Assembly: GCF_006345805.1 (NCBI RefSeq) | Contig: NC_043010.1 | Span: forward strand, 52,328,001 to 52,392,000 | DNA: 64,000 nucleotides | From: Octopus sinensis | Lineage: Eukaryota | Reading direction: 5' to 3' | Shown here: positions 13,994 to 26,034 of the stretch, piece by piece | Position numbering within the stretch: the first letter of the stretch is position 1 | How the letters are laid out: the number at the start of each line of letters is the position of its first letter | Program-made: the position numbers and the translations under genes | The notes under the pieces: model-generated | Told to the model about the DNA's origin: nothing | Database searches by the model: none | The model's input: the letters and a program-made list of their open reading frames with translations, nothing else

Positions 13994-14060
13994 GAGAAGT
14001 TCCATCACCGTGAAATTTGTGGAAAAACTTTTGCCTTAAGTAACCGTTTCCTCCATGGAA
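13994..14060 (+). pseudogene. Single decayed C2H2 zinc-finger-like remnant
   Basis: Translates EKFHHREICGKTFALS, close to the GEKPxHCEICGKxF linker/finger pattern, with the first Cys lost. Confidence 0.4.
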
Positions 14061-14229
14061 AAGACCAATTCTTTACAAAGTTCAAAGGTTTTGCTCATTA
14101 AAAGCAACAGCAGTGGCAATGTCTTGGACTATTTCTGTGGAACTAACAGCAAAGCAAATCCCTTTGTTCACCAAACTTTTTTCTTTTTTTTTGTCTTGGT
14201 TATTCTCCATAGTTAATGAAGTTTCTTAA

Positions 14230-14442
14230 CCCTTTCGTTAATTTATTTATTTTGAGATGCTCTGTGTTTCTTTCAATTATTTTAAGTATAATAAAGAATT
14301 TAGTAAAATAACTTATCATTAAGCTAGTGTTAGGAACATAAATTGCAACTAAGGTTTGGTGGAAGATTTTAATAAAAAAAACTTATGAAAACAAGACATT
14401 AATACTACAGAGCCGGTTTTGGCCGGGTTGGTAACGAAAGGG
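14230..14442. mobile_element. piggyBac-type MITE
   Basis: TTAA-CCCTTTCGTTA ... TAACGAAAGGG-TTAA. Confidence 0.75.
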
Positions 14443-14491
14443 TTAAGGATCACACCATTAAGTAGTTCATAATTTTTTGTAAGGGTAATTG

Positions 14492-14579
14492 GGTACTTGT
14501 ATCGCAGAGTGGTCCTGGTTTGCACAGACGCGCGTCTGCGTGTGTGCACAAACCGGGACCACTCTTCGATACAAGTACC
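14492..14579. mobile_element. 88-bp Merlin-type mini-MITE
   Basis: TIR GGTACTTGTATCG..GAGTGGTCC(T/C)GGTTTG. Flanking repeat GGGTAATTG / AGGTAATTG (9 bp, 1 mismatch). Confidence 0.8.
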
Positions 14580-15344
14580 AGGTAATTGAATGCTATCTGA
14601 AATGATCAGCAATTTTTTCTAAATGAACATTACAGCCAATTGGCTAGACCATAAAATACTCTTACAACTAATTAACTGTTAATTACTGTAATACAATCCG
14701 TTGTCTGCATTACATATTTCACCACAGGCTATGCTATGTCTGTTACCATAGACTGAATTAAACAGTGCTTTGCCACAATCTGAACTGTATTACAACCAAA
14801 CTGAATGTAACACTCCTGCACTGTTGTATATACTGTGCCTATTACAACCAGCTGAATGTAATGCTCCTATACTGCAATCTATACTATGTGTTACAACTAA
14901 CTGTGCCACTACTGCAATCTGTACTATGTCCATTAGCAACTAACTGGAAACGGTGGTGATAGTGCAACACTATCTGATCTGGTTCTACTGCATCACCACC
15001 AGTAAGTACTATGTACTGCTCACAGCCAAGTCAGGTCAGTGCATTACCAACATAGCTTTCTACAAGAGCCGTTACAAAAGCTGGCAGGTTTCCGCATCAT
15101 TTATGGTTGAAGAGACTAACGCAAACAAATTCGCAAGATGTCAAGCTGTTATCCTGCCCATCAGTACGAGGTCAGACAGCTGCACAACCAACTATACAGA
15201 TTGTCGGAATTGTTATACGTCTTGGGCAACCAGTGTCGAACTGTGAATAAACCAGTGGGAGATCCCGTTTGGTAGTTTCCGAAATAGCTGTCAGATCTCA
15301 TTTTATTATTGTAGGATTTGAAGAATTAAAATTGAAAGGCTACA

Positions 15345-15610
15345 TCATCATCATCATTTAGAGTCCGTTTTCCATGCTAGCATGGGTTGGACAGTTCAAC
15401 TGGGGTCTGTGTAGCCGGAAGGCTGCATCAGGCCCAGTCAGATCTGGCAGTGTTTCTACGACTGGATGCCCTTCCTAACGCCAACCACTCCGTGAGTGTA
15501 GTGGGTGCTTTTTACGTGCCAGACGGAGCTGGCAAACGGCCACGAACGGATGGTGCCTTTACGTGCCACCGGCACGGGGGTCGGGCGAGGCTGGCAACGG
15601 ACACGAACGG
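15345..15610 (-). mobile_element. Retroposon 3' end with (ATG)n tail (RTE-tail-like SINE/LINE)
   Basis: Minus strand ends CCCATGCTAGCATGGAAAACGGACTCTAAATGATGATGATG. Related tails near 54230-54315 and 61660-61750. Confidence 0.55.
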
Positions 15611-17141
15611 ATGGTGCTAAATGTAATCCTAGATGAACACTGTCTGAAGATCTGAAAATTAATGGGTTGGATGGACACAATTTGAACACTTGATTATATG
15701 CCTTGTATGCTGGATACAGGACTGACTTCGGGGGTTGAAGAGTCACAATGATCTTCAAACTGGCAAATTGACTACAAAGAAAAATCTGTCAACAAAAGAC
15801 AGAAGTTCTTAACTTTGAATTATAAAAAGAAAAGAAAAGAAAAAAACACAAACAAAAAGAACACCCTCCACCCCTGAGAAAATGATTGGAAGGTAAGTCA
15901 ATTTGCTGGTTAGCCAATGATATTGGCCTGTCTATCAGCTACGTTATCAACTGTAGATACTAGTACATTCGCTATGTACTGTGCTGAGAAATTTGGAACA
16001 ATGACCTGTGTTTTTCTTTTTACTGTTTTCACTCACCTGATTGTACCATCTTTAAGTTTGTTTGTTTTTTTGTCTATTGTATTAATGCTGTGTTTAAATG
16101 TGGTATCACTTATATTTTTATCTCTATTATTGACATATGACTTTTTAAATTTTTAATCTGATGATAGGTAGAATCAATGTAGTGATAGGCAAAATATTAC
16201 CTTGTAAGCATTTAGTTGCATCTGTTAAGATATGAAATAAGTACCTATCAAGTACTTAAAGCACTGGGCCAGCTTTTTTTTTTTTTTTTTTTTTTTTCTC
16301 CAATCCACTGCCCTTAACTCTAAACTGTCTTTTCTGCTTCTCTGCATCCTACCTCCAGCTATTTTGAGGACATCCACTCTTGGAGGTTCCAAGTCAGGAC
16401 TTGGTGTAAAATGCAAGATGTTGGTTTCTTTAGGGTGCTACCTGTCCATCCCTTTTCACATTTTGCTGTACCATAACTTGTTTCCCTGGGGAAAGCACTT
16501 TTGAACTACCATCAATACTTCAGCATTGCTGTTTTTTTTTTTTTTGTATTTTTTTGCGGGCAGGGGTGGGGGCATTGGTATTCCACACAATCCCTATTTT
16601 ACCTTTGGGAAGTGGTGATCCACATTTGTCCTTTGACCTCTCTGGCATGGCAATCTCTACCAGGTGCTTGTTGCCCTGCTGGTGGCATAATTCTCTGGGT
16701 CATCAAGGCACATAAGCCACCACTCTGCAAGAAAGAATCGCCTTTTTGGTGGAGCAGTAAAATTCCCAAGATGGAATTAAGCAACTACATCTTTTCCCAG
16801 GAATAACTAATAACCTGCTAAATGTTAGAAATCATAACTATTAATCTTAGAAGGGGGGGGGGGATATACTCTTGAACTAGATTTTTGATTCGGGCTGAAA
16901 AATCTGTTAAATTATACTATACTGTATGGTTATTTTCTTTATTATTCTACTAACAATGTTAACATTTTTTTTTTTTTTTTTTTTTTACCTTAGATCAAAC
17001 CAAATATTTCCTGATTCGTATTTTTGTAATTTTGAAAACGTTTGTACAGCTTTTTTTTTTTTTTTTAAGCAATTGTCTGGCTCTCACCACTCTTAAACCC
17101 TTATAATTGTAATATTTAACTGTGGCTTCTGTTTACGTTGC

Positions 17142-17380
17142 ATGGAGGCACGTGGCCTAGTGGTCAGGGTATTGCTGTCATGTTTACAAGATAGTGGTTT
17201 CAATTCCCAGGCTGGGCAATGCGTTGTTCTTGAGCAAAACACTTTGTTTTACGCTGCTCCAGTCCCTCAGCTGCAGATGGGTAACCTTGCTTAAGGCTGG
17301 CCACCTGTTCAGTAGGGACTTTTTGATCTTGGTTATTTATGCCATAGAAATGGGATAACCAGCACTATGAATCATGGGAC
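17142..17380 (+). mobile_element. Old tRNA-derived SINE
   Basis: A box TGGCCTAGTGG and B box GTTTCAATTCC. Head resembles the 60170 element. Confidence 0.5.
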
Positions 17381-17694
17381 TTAAGAATAATTTCTATTAA
17401 TATTCTAAATTTTCCTCTACATCATCACCACCACTGCTTGGTTTCCTGGTTATCAATGCAGTTTCCTTAGTTTCAATTTATGTATGTTTGCGTATCTGTG
17501 TACGTGATTTAAGGCTTATTTAGCTGGTATTTTTTAGCACACATCACAACCACATCAATGAGAAAATAGTGAGTAAACATATTTTGTAGGTTTAAGCATT
17601 TAATATGCATTTAATTCAATAAACAGCACATCACAAATTAGATTTTTCTAAAAGAAAACAGCATTTTGTCTACTAGTTTGTTGAAAACAGTTAA

Positions 17695-17890
17695 AACTGC
17701 ATTTGAGCAATTTCTCGAACAAATAATTTTCATGTCTCCTGTACCACATAAACTCTGAGATATGAGTCAACCATACAATGGTGAGTGTCCCTGTCATTTA
17801 TTACCTCACTTTATAGAGGCTCATGCACTCTACACTTTTTGAGTCTGGCTTCAACAAACCCCAATTTTGTGGTTCACTGTTCTAAGCTTA
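17695..17890 (-). pseudogene. Merlin transposase C-terminal fragment
   Basis: Frameshifted translation TVNHK...MVDSYL/SEFMWYRRHENYLFEKLLKC, matching the Merlin C-terminus of other copies here. Confidence 0.6.
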
Positions 17891-18029
17891 AAATTGTAAC
17901 CGTGGTTATCTTTCAGCACCTTTGTAAAGAAGTAAATAAAAATTAAAAGGGGAGATAAATAAGTCAACTTGCTGTTAAACTATGTAGATGTTGGCTATAG
18001 CCATCAATAAAAAAAGAGCTGCCTAATAA

Positions 18030-18290
18030 TTTGACATGCAGAACTTCTGATGCACAACCACTTTGTGAGTATACACGCTGTCATTTAGGCTTCCAATATT
18101 GCTGTAGGATCACCAGCCGTGACTCTATGGGAGAATCCAGCATTGAATTAGATCAGATGATGTCTGTTCAGTACGCTCAGACACATCGACTAGTAAGCAT
18201 TTTTTGCAAATTCTTTCAATGCCACCGAAAAGCCAACGGCCAGGATGCCACTCACTGCGATATTACTTTTAATGGAGAAATTTACTTTCA
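18030..18290 (-). pseudogene. Merlin transposase fragment (lineage E)
   Basis: RWLFGGIERICKKCLLVDVSERTEQT...YTHKVVVHQ, DDE_Tnp_IS1595-type core. Confidence 0.7.
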
Positions 18291-18349
18291 GTGAGAATTT
18301 AATTATCTCTGCTAATTGTTATTTCCCCTTTAATATCATCATGCACTAA

Positions 18350-18760
18350 AGAATTACCTGTAACCGTCAATTTCAGTAATGTGAGAGTATGCCGTCCACA
18401 AATCACTGAAAACTTTTGGTTCCTGGAAGAATTGAGTGTTGTATGCATTCCTCCAATGTGTCATGATTCCAACATGGTGCCACAAAGAAAAAAATGGTCT
18501 CATTTCTTGACACTCCTCCAAAAGCCCACTGCTTGGGTAGGACCCTTCAGTTGTACTTGTCTTGAGAATACTATTTTGCCAATCTCGACAATCTTCCTAG
18601 GATCACCAACCTTAACTGGATGGCGGAGCGGGACCTCTTTGAATACTTTCCTGACATAGCTGTTATTATCAACAGCTGTGCAATGCAAGTACAAAACCGC
18701 ATCCTCTACTCTCCGTGTCTCCATGACAGACTCGAGGTTACAGGAGCTTGCTGCTATAAT
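18350..18760 (-). pseudogene. Merlin transposase fragment (lineage D, decayed)
   Basis: TAVDNNSYVR..GDPRKIVEIGK / LPKQWAFGGVSR..NHDTLEECI / IFSDLWTAYSHI, homologous to 43276-44210. Confidence 0.75.
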
Positions 18761-18861
18761 GAAACAGATGGGTAAAATATGGACACAAGCAGGGGAACAC
18801 AGCGTCCACACATGGTTTTACGTAGAATATTTTTTATCAACATGGGGGTAGAATATATTCC

Positions 18862-21800
18862 GGTACTTGTTAATAATCGTGGTCCCGGTTTTGCACACGC
18901 GAATTCGCGCGCGCGCGCGCGCCAGACGTAGGTACTCGATACTCGAGATCCTACGAGGTGACTTGCGCATGCGCAGTGCAGAATTCGCGCGTGCGCGTTA
19001 AACCCCCCCCCCCCCCCCGGAAAAAAAAAGGATTTTTTTTAAAGATACCTTTCTGCTTTTTAACACAAAAAGGTGTTGGATTTAACTAAAAATATATATA
19101 TGTGTGTGTGTGTGTGTATATATAACATATTCAATTTTACACAAAAAAATTACATAGTCGCTTTCCTCGCGGATTTACAGATAAATGAATTAATTACTAT
19201 TTTACAGAATAAAATTAATGAATTAATTATATAAATTAAATAATTCTTGAAAATTAATTATTATTAATACTCGAGATCCTACGAGGTGACTTGCGCATGC
19301 GCAGTGCGCGATTCGCGCATGCGGGTTAACCCCCCCCCCCCCCCGGAAAAAAAAAGGATTTTTTTTAAAGATACCTTGGTCGCTTTCCTCGCGGATTTAC
19401 AGATAAATGAATTAATTACTATTTTACAGAATAAAATTAATGAATTAATTATATAAATTAAATAATTCTTGAAAATTAATTATTATTAATAATATTTTTT
19501 GAACAAAGTAAAAAGTAATTACTTTTTTTTTACAGAAACGCGAACGGGGAATTTTCAGTTTAAAGTTTATAAATAAATACATTTCATGTGTAATGTAAAA
19601 TAGTAGTCAATTAAATACCTTCTTTTTCTGGGGTATTATTCGTTCAAACTCGTCACGTATTTGTAACTTTTCGATGTAAGTCTTAAAAAGTTGCAGCAGC
19701 TTAGCAGAAATGTCACGTTATAATTTCTACAATGCAATGGTTTCAATACACGCGGAAGATCATACCCATTCAAACTTTATATCATTCTGAAACATCTTTC
19801 AGAATATTCATCACACGACCGTTTTCATTTTGTCCAAATATTTTTTTTCACAGAAATTCATCAAAATTGTGGAGATTTTATGACAGTGTAGCAAATTAGT
19901 AATCAACTAATTAAATACCTTCTTTTTCTGGGGTATTATTCGTTCAAACTCGTCACGTATTTGTAACTTTTCGATGTAAGTCTTAAAAAGTTGCAGCAGC
20001 TTAGCAGAAATGTCACGTTATAATTTCTACCATGCAATGGTTTCAATACACGCGGAAGATCATACCCATTCAAACTTTATATCATTCTGAAACATCTTTC
20101 AGAATATTCATCACACGACCGTTTTCATTTTGTCCAAAAATACATTCGGGAGATCATACCCCTTCAAACTCTATACCATTCGGAAAGATGTTTCAGAATA
20201 TTCATCAAGCAATCGTGTGCAGTTTGCCCATATTGTTCCTTCCACAGAAACTCATCAAGGTACGAGTCCACCATGGTGGAATGTACCCCCATCATCGTTT
20301 TAAATTTTCTTTTGGCATTCTTCCAGTAACATTCCACAGAATTTGTGTGTACACCTGTTAGCGGATCCACAAAATTCTGGGAATGGTTTACTGTGAAATG
20401 GATGTATTTTGGTGTCACATCCATTTCTGCAATACCATTATAGGCGGGCCAGCAATCCAATGAATTGTTGTGCCCGGTCTAATAAATTTTTTGATGATGG
20501 GTAGCAGAGTTTCCGAGGAACGGTCAGCTACGAACAGTATGAAGCCTTTTTTGTCTTCTCTGTCGTACCCTCCAAAGACCCATCTCTCTTGTGGCGTTCT
20601 TCCTCTATTGTATTTTCTCTTACACATCAGACTTTCATCTACTTCAACAATGTGTCCGACACCACCAATTTGGTATGGATTCTTCATTAGATTATTGCTA
20701 CAGATATCTCGCATGTATTGATACCATTGAATAACGCTAGGTTTTGACAATCCAGTCATTGCTATTGCTCCTGTTATTGTTAGGTTACTGCCCCAACAAT
20801 ATATAACATGAATGAAATCGTGCAGTTTCAACTTGCTATTTTCGAGATACGATTTCTTTCTAATCGACTCTTTTTCCCCTTTGTGAGTTGGGCAGCGAAA
20901 AATTTTTTCCTGGTTGTGTTTTATAAGAGTCATCTCTCTATGGCATTTTGAGCAAATTGGAGTTGAGGAACTCAACACTTTTTTGTCCTTTAGGAATGAA
21001 TAGATACTGTCAAAATCTTTTACGATGCTTTCTATCTCATACAACATTTTTTCTTAATTTAACTCAGTTCAACTGATGAAGATAAACTGAAAATAAAGTT
21101 ATTTTCAGTATCAGTTAGCTGACTATCATTCAGTTAGCTCTGATTGGTTAGATTTTAGAACTTTCTCTGTCCCCTCTTTCAAACTAATTTTTGTTGTGGG
21201 GGGGGGGGAGAAAGATGAACGATTTAAAATAAATATATCTTAATTGTAGTGTGAGAAAAGTATATATATTCTGATGATAAAATATATTCTTTCAAAAACA
21301 TTTGTAGTCCTACTATGAAAGATTGTTTTGGGCTGAAACCCAAGTTAACGAAAGTACATGAATAAGGATTTGACTGTCATGATGTTGAGTCTTATTAGAT
21401 TCTTGTCCGATTCAGTATATTTGTCATGTGCTTTCTGAAGTAGGCAATAAAAACCTTATAAACAAACTGTTATCTACATAATACTGTGGTAATTAGACAA
21501 ACATTAACTGAAATTAATTATGCCTTTCCTAACAGAAAATGACATAATATGTATTTATTATGTGAACATGTAAAGGAAACTGAAAATTGTGATATGTTCC
21601 TCTCATTACTGGCACTTATTAACTTGAGAAAAATAAAAAGGCCACATATAGAATGAGATATTCGAAAATAAAAAAATGTTAAAAGATACTCCTCGGAATT
21701 AAAATCATGACAAAGATTTTCAAAATCCCTTTTTTGCGATAGATGGAGATTGCCTGAAGTAAATAAGGAGAAGGAGAGAGAAGACAGCAGAAGGAACAGC

Positions 21801-22797
21801 ATTGATGAATTTCTGTGAAAAAAAATATTTGGACAAAATGAAAACGGTCGTGTGATGAATATTCTGAAAGATGTTTCAGAATGATATAAAGTTTGAATGG
21901 GTATGATCTTCCGCGTGTATTGAAACCATTGCATTGTAGAAATTATAACGTGACATTTCTGCTAAGCTGCTGCAACTTTTTAAGACTTACATCGAAAAGT
22001 TACAAATACGTGACGAGTTTGAACGAATAATACCCCAGAAAAAGAAGGTATTTAATTAATTGACTACTATTTTACATTACACATGAAATGTATTTATTTA
22101 TAAACTTTAAACTGAAAATTCCCCGTTCGCGTTTCTGTAAAAAAAAAGTAATTACTTTTTACTTTGTTCAAAAAATATTATTAATAATAATTAATTTTCA
22201 AGAATTATTTAATTTATATAATTAATTCATTAATTTTATTCTGTAAAATAGTAATTAATTCATTTATCTGTAAATCCGCGAGGAAAGCGACCAAGGTATC
22301 TTTAAAAAAATCCTTTTTTTTTTCCGGGGGGGGGGGTTAACCCGCATGCGCGAATCGCGCACTGCGCATGCGCAAGTCACCTCGTAGCATCTCGAGTATT
22401 AATAATAATTAATTTTCAAGAATTATTTAATTTATATAATTAATTCATTAATTTTATTCTGTAAAATAGTAATTAATTCATTTATCTGTAAATCCGCGAG
22501 GAAAGCGACTATGTAATTTTTTTGTGTAAAATTGAATATGTTATATATACACACACACACACACATATATATATTTTTAGTTAAATCCAACACCTTTTTG
22601 TGTTAAAAAGCAGAAAGGTATCTTAAAAAAAATCCTTTTTTTTTTCCGGGGGGGGGGGGGTTTAACGCGCACGCGCGAATTCTGCACTGCGCATGCGCAA
22701 GTCACCTCGTAGGATCTCGAGTATCGAGTACCTACGTCTGGCGCGCGCGCGCGAATTCGCGTGTGCAAAACCGGGACCACGATTATTAACAAGTACC
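18862..22797 (-). mobile_element. Merlin DNA transposon (lineage A) with ~1-kb terminal inverted repeats
   Basis: 8-bp TSD TATATTCC (18854-18861 / 22798-22805). Arms 18862-19864 and 21802-22797 are near-identical inverted repeats starting GGTACTTGTTAATAATCGTGGTCCCGG. Confidence 0.93.
20164..21047 (-). pseudogene. Merlin (ISXO2/IS1595-like) DDE transposase, one 1-bp frameshift near 20460
   Basis: N-terminal CxxC...C-H, VEVDESLMCKRKYNRGR, IH(S)DCW, HTNSVECYW. ORFs 20415-21047 and 20164-20460 join. Confidence 0.92.
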
Positions 22798-23399
22798 TAT
22801 ATTCCTTACAGTCGCAGACATGGCTCATGATTGGCTAAAGTTACCTCAAATTTTCAAAATTCAGAAGCTAATAGTTCTCTATTTATGGCGAAAATGTTGT
22901 GGGGTGGGGTGCAAAGCCTTCCTATGTTTGGTCGGTGACAGCAACCTTATTTTGTCAATGTACATTTTTCTGGTTGGTTGATTCATCTTTGTCGTAACAC
23001 AAATTTTGTTTTAGTAGGATGTGTTGTCAGACATGTACACACATACACTAGACAGGCTTCTGCACGGTTTTCTTCCATAAGACGTTGGTCGACCTGAGAC
23101 TATAGACTCTTGCCCCTGTGTGTTGTGTAGTGGGATTGAACTTGATTCTGCGTGTTTGCAAAGTAAATTTCTTAATCATACATCCATGCCTGTAGTGATA
23201 AGAAACCGCTTTTTGTGCAACAAATAATTCTTTTAAATACTTCAAAATCAAAATTGAAGAATCTTTAAACAATCACACATTCACACAGCCTTAAAGATAA
23301 TCATTTGATCAGTGCATATCTCCACTAGGACCACATGTGGTTGGGTAAGGGAAAATCATTTACTAACGAAAATTTGTGTTAAAATAAAAATTGTCTGTA

Positions 23400-23520
23400 G
23401 AATTAATGGCTGTCCATTGGCATTCAAATCGTCGATTTCAATGGAATTTGTTGGAGCCAAACATCACATACTTTACGACAGAAATTGCACCAATCCACAA
23501 CTGTAGTTTGACCTCCTTTT
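23400..23520 (-). pseudogene. Merlin transposase fragment (lineage E, upstream part)
   Basis: GQTTVVDWCNFCRKVCDVWLQQ, a helix motif shared with Merlin transposases. Confidence 0.65.
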
Positions 23521-23769
23521 TTAATCTAACCAAACTGAACAAGGTGTATACAAGGTAAAGGTGAATGAAATAATATGGTGAGAGATGCTGGGACCCCACA
23601 AGCCACACCCCATCACTTATCTTTCTTTGTTTATCTTTTGATGTTCAACCTCAAGTTAGCTCATTCATCAAGCGCTCGACTATAGGCAGTGCTCCAGCTT
23701 GGCCACAGTCAGAATGACAAACAAATACAAGGGAATATTCCTATGGTGGTGGTGTTAGTAGTGTTCAAA

Positions 23770-24450
23770 CTGTCAGGTTCAGCATCTGGTTGCAAGGAAT
23801 CTTGCTCTTTTGTCTCTGCGTCACGCTTGATTTGCACTTCAGCCTTTCTTTGATACTAGTGTCGTATCGGTTCGGCTTCGGCTTCAAGTATAAGAGTGGA
23901 TGTTGTTGCACAACTTTTAGACACAAAATATTTGTCAATATACACTTTTGAACGTATAAAAATACCAACTCACGTGGAGCCCATTTGACTTGCGTCTGTC
24001 TGTCCGCGAGATAGATAGAAAGTATAATGAAGGTGCAGCGGCATTACTTGCATGCCTTCATCTTTTTCTTTTTCTTTTATACAATCTTTATTTAATTCTG
24101 AGAGTTCGGTGGTGTCACAGGTTCCTCTTTTTTTTGGGGGGGGGGGTGAGTTCGGTACTGCTGTCAACTGCATCTGTATCGTTGTCGCTGCTTTGGTTTT
24201 TATTTTCCATCATGTCCATTACTTTAAGTACGTTTTCTTCATCGGACGGAACTGCGTGATCCAATTTGTAATTCAGTAGCATGATTATCAAAAAGTATTT
24301 CCCATATGGCTGGGTTGAGCTTAAGTTTAGATTTTTACAAGAAAGTATGCTGGATTCGGTAACTTGTATTTAATATATCTTTGTTTGAAAGCCTCTTTTT
24401 CTTCTGACGGAGCTAAAGTGTCGAATGCGTAGCACAAATATTTTATTTTT
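23770..24450 (-). pseudogene. Decayed coding-like sequence of unknown family
   Basis: Protein-like stretches across frameshifts (KYLCYAFDTLAPSEEKEAFKQRYIKYKLP / KLNPAIWEILFDNHATELQIG / acidic-basic tail). No family recognised. Confidence 0.3.
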
Positions 24451-24534
24451 AATCCGTAGAAGTTACGAGGTAATTAAGCAATTCAACGCCCGTAAGTTCC
24501 ATGCATGCGTGTTATATACCCATACATATGTGCG

Positions 24535-24539
<5 letters not shown>

Positions 24540-24630
<91 letters not shown>

Positions 24631-24866
24631 CTCTCTCTCTCTCCTCTCTCTCTCTCCTCTCTCTCTCTCCTCTCTCTCCTCTCTCCTCTCTCTCTCTCTC
24701 CTCTCTCTCTCTCTCCTCTCTCCTCTCTCTCCTCTCTCTCTCTCTCTCCTCTCTCTCTCTTCTCTCCTCTCTCTCTCTCCTCCTCCTCTCTCCTCTCCTC
24801 TCTCTCCTCTCTCTCTCTCCTCTCTCTCCTCCTCTCTCTCTCTCTCTCCTCTCTCTCCTCTCTCAG
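24540..24866. repeat. (CA)n followed by ~290-bp CT-only (polypyrimidine) tract
   Basis: Seen directly. Confidence 0.95.
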
Positions 24867-24959
24867 AGATTCTTTTTTATTAGAAATCGTCATAACTGTA
24901 ATGATGTATACATACATCTGTTTGCACACACATACAGAAGTGCATAAAGTTATGTAATT

Positions 24960-25315
24960 TCAATTTACTATTTTCAAGATAGGATTTCTTCCTAATTGAT
25001 ACTTTTTCCCCTTTGTGTGTTGGGCACCGAAATATCTTTTCTTTATGTTTTATCAGTCATTTCTCTCTGGCATTTTGCACAAAGCGGAGAAACGCTGCTC
25101 AAAATTTTTCTCCTTTAGGAAGGAATATATGGTATCGAAGTCTTTGACGATACTTTCTATCTCATATAACATATTTAATAATATTTAACAGACGTAATTA
25201 ATTTTATCTCACAGTTCATCTGGTGAAAATAAAGTATACAAGAGCACATGGTAAGAAGTCAGTTAGCTCTGATTGGTTAGATTTTAGAACTCTCTCTCTG
25301 TCCCCTCTTTCAAAC
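24960..25315 (-). pseudogene. 5' part and upstream region of a third, diverged Merlin lineage A copy
   Basis: Aligns with 42640-42985 and 20845-21185 (e.g. GATACTTTCTATCTCAT; CTCTGATTGGTTAGATTTTAGAAC). Confidence 0.75.
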
Positions 25316-25319
25316 TGTC

Positions 25320-25741
25320 GAATTTGCTCCAATAACTTTCCGAATATTTCGTCCTTAAATTCATAACGCCACATGAATTCGATGAGATGGGTCTGAAGTA
25401 AATTTCGGGCTGTTCCATTTTCTCTTTTGTTGCGATTCTTCACATGCTTCCATAAACATTCTATATGGTGGGTTGTGGCAAATCTTACCGGATCAACAAA
25501 ATTTATTGAATGATTCAAGGTCAAATGCCTGTATCCTAGCTGATTGAGCGTGTTATACGAACGCCAAAGGTCGGAAATTATGGTTGTACAAGGCAATATA
25601 TGCTCTTGTATAATTTGTAAAAGGGTGTCGGCTGTCCGATCTTCCACTGCCACTAAAAAATATCTTCTGGTATCACATCGCCGTGGCGATGGCAATATCG
25701 CGGTGATTAATTCCTTTTAGACTTGGATATGCAGAAGCCAT
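25320..25741 (-). pseudogene. Internally deleted Merlin transposase (lineage C)
   Basis: YFLVAVEDRTADTLLQIIQEHILPCTTIISDLWRSY...NHSINFVDP...HIECLW...EFMWR, fused to a short N-terminus MASAYPSLKGINHRD. Confidence 0.85.
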
Positions 25742-26034
25742 ATTGAAAATTTTTTCGCACGTGTTGATATCAAAGTGAAGAACATTCAAACTTTGAATTA
25801 CGCGCGGTTTCGGTGGTGGTCAGTGGTCATGCTGATTGGTGGATGTGATCGCGGTGGTGGTCATTTGTGCAGATTTGGTGTGATTTCTTTTTTAAAAACA
25901 ACAATAATGAATAAATAATGCAAGAATATATTTATTTATAATTAAAATTACACAAAGAAAAAGAAAAACGAAGTAATTTTGAAAATATTTATAAAATCAA
26001 ATCACACATATATACAAATCAAACAATATTCATA

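Noticed and set aside
16560-16810. Possible LINE restriction-like endonuclease remnant (HLVEIAMPE)
   Set aside because: Motif too short and degenerate to support.
20164-21047. Bacterial IS1595/ISXO2 contamination or fresh horizontal transfer
   Set aside because: Long TIRs, 8-9 bp TSDs, matching MITEs among host SINEs and several decayed lineages fit the eukaryotic Merlin superfamily.
25688-25741. Kinase catalytic-loop-like peptide (SLKGINHRDIA)
   Set aside because: It follows an ATG with CCAAT-containing upstream sequence and leads into Merlin C. No other kinase motifs, so better read as a transposase N-terminus.
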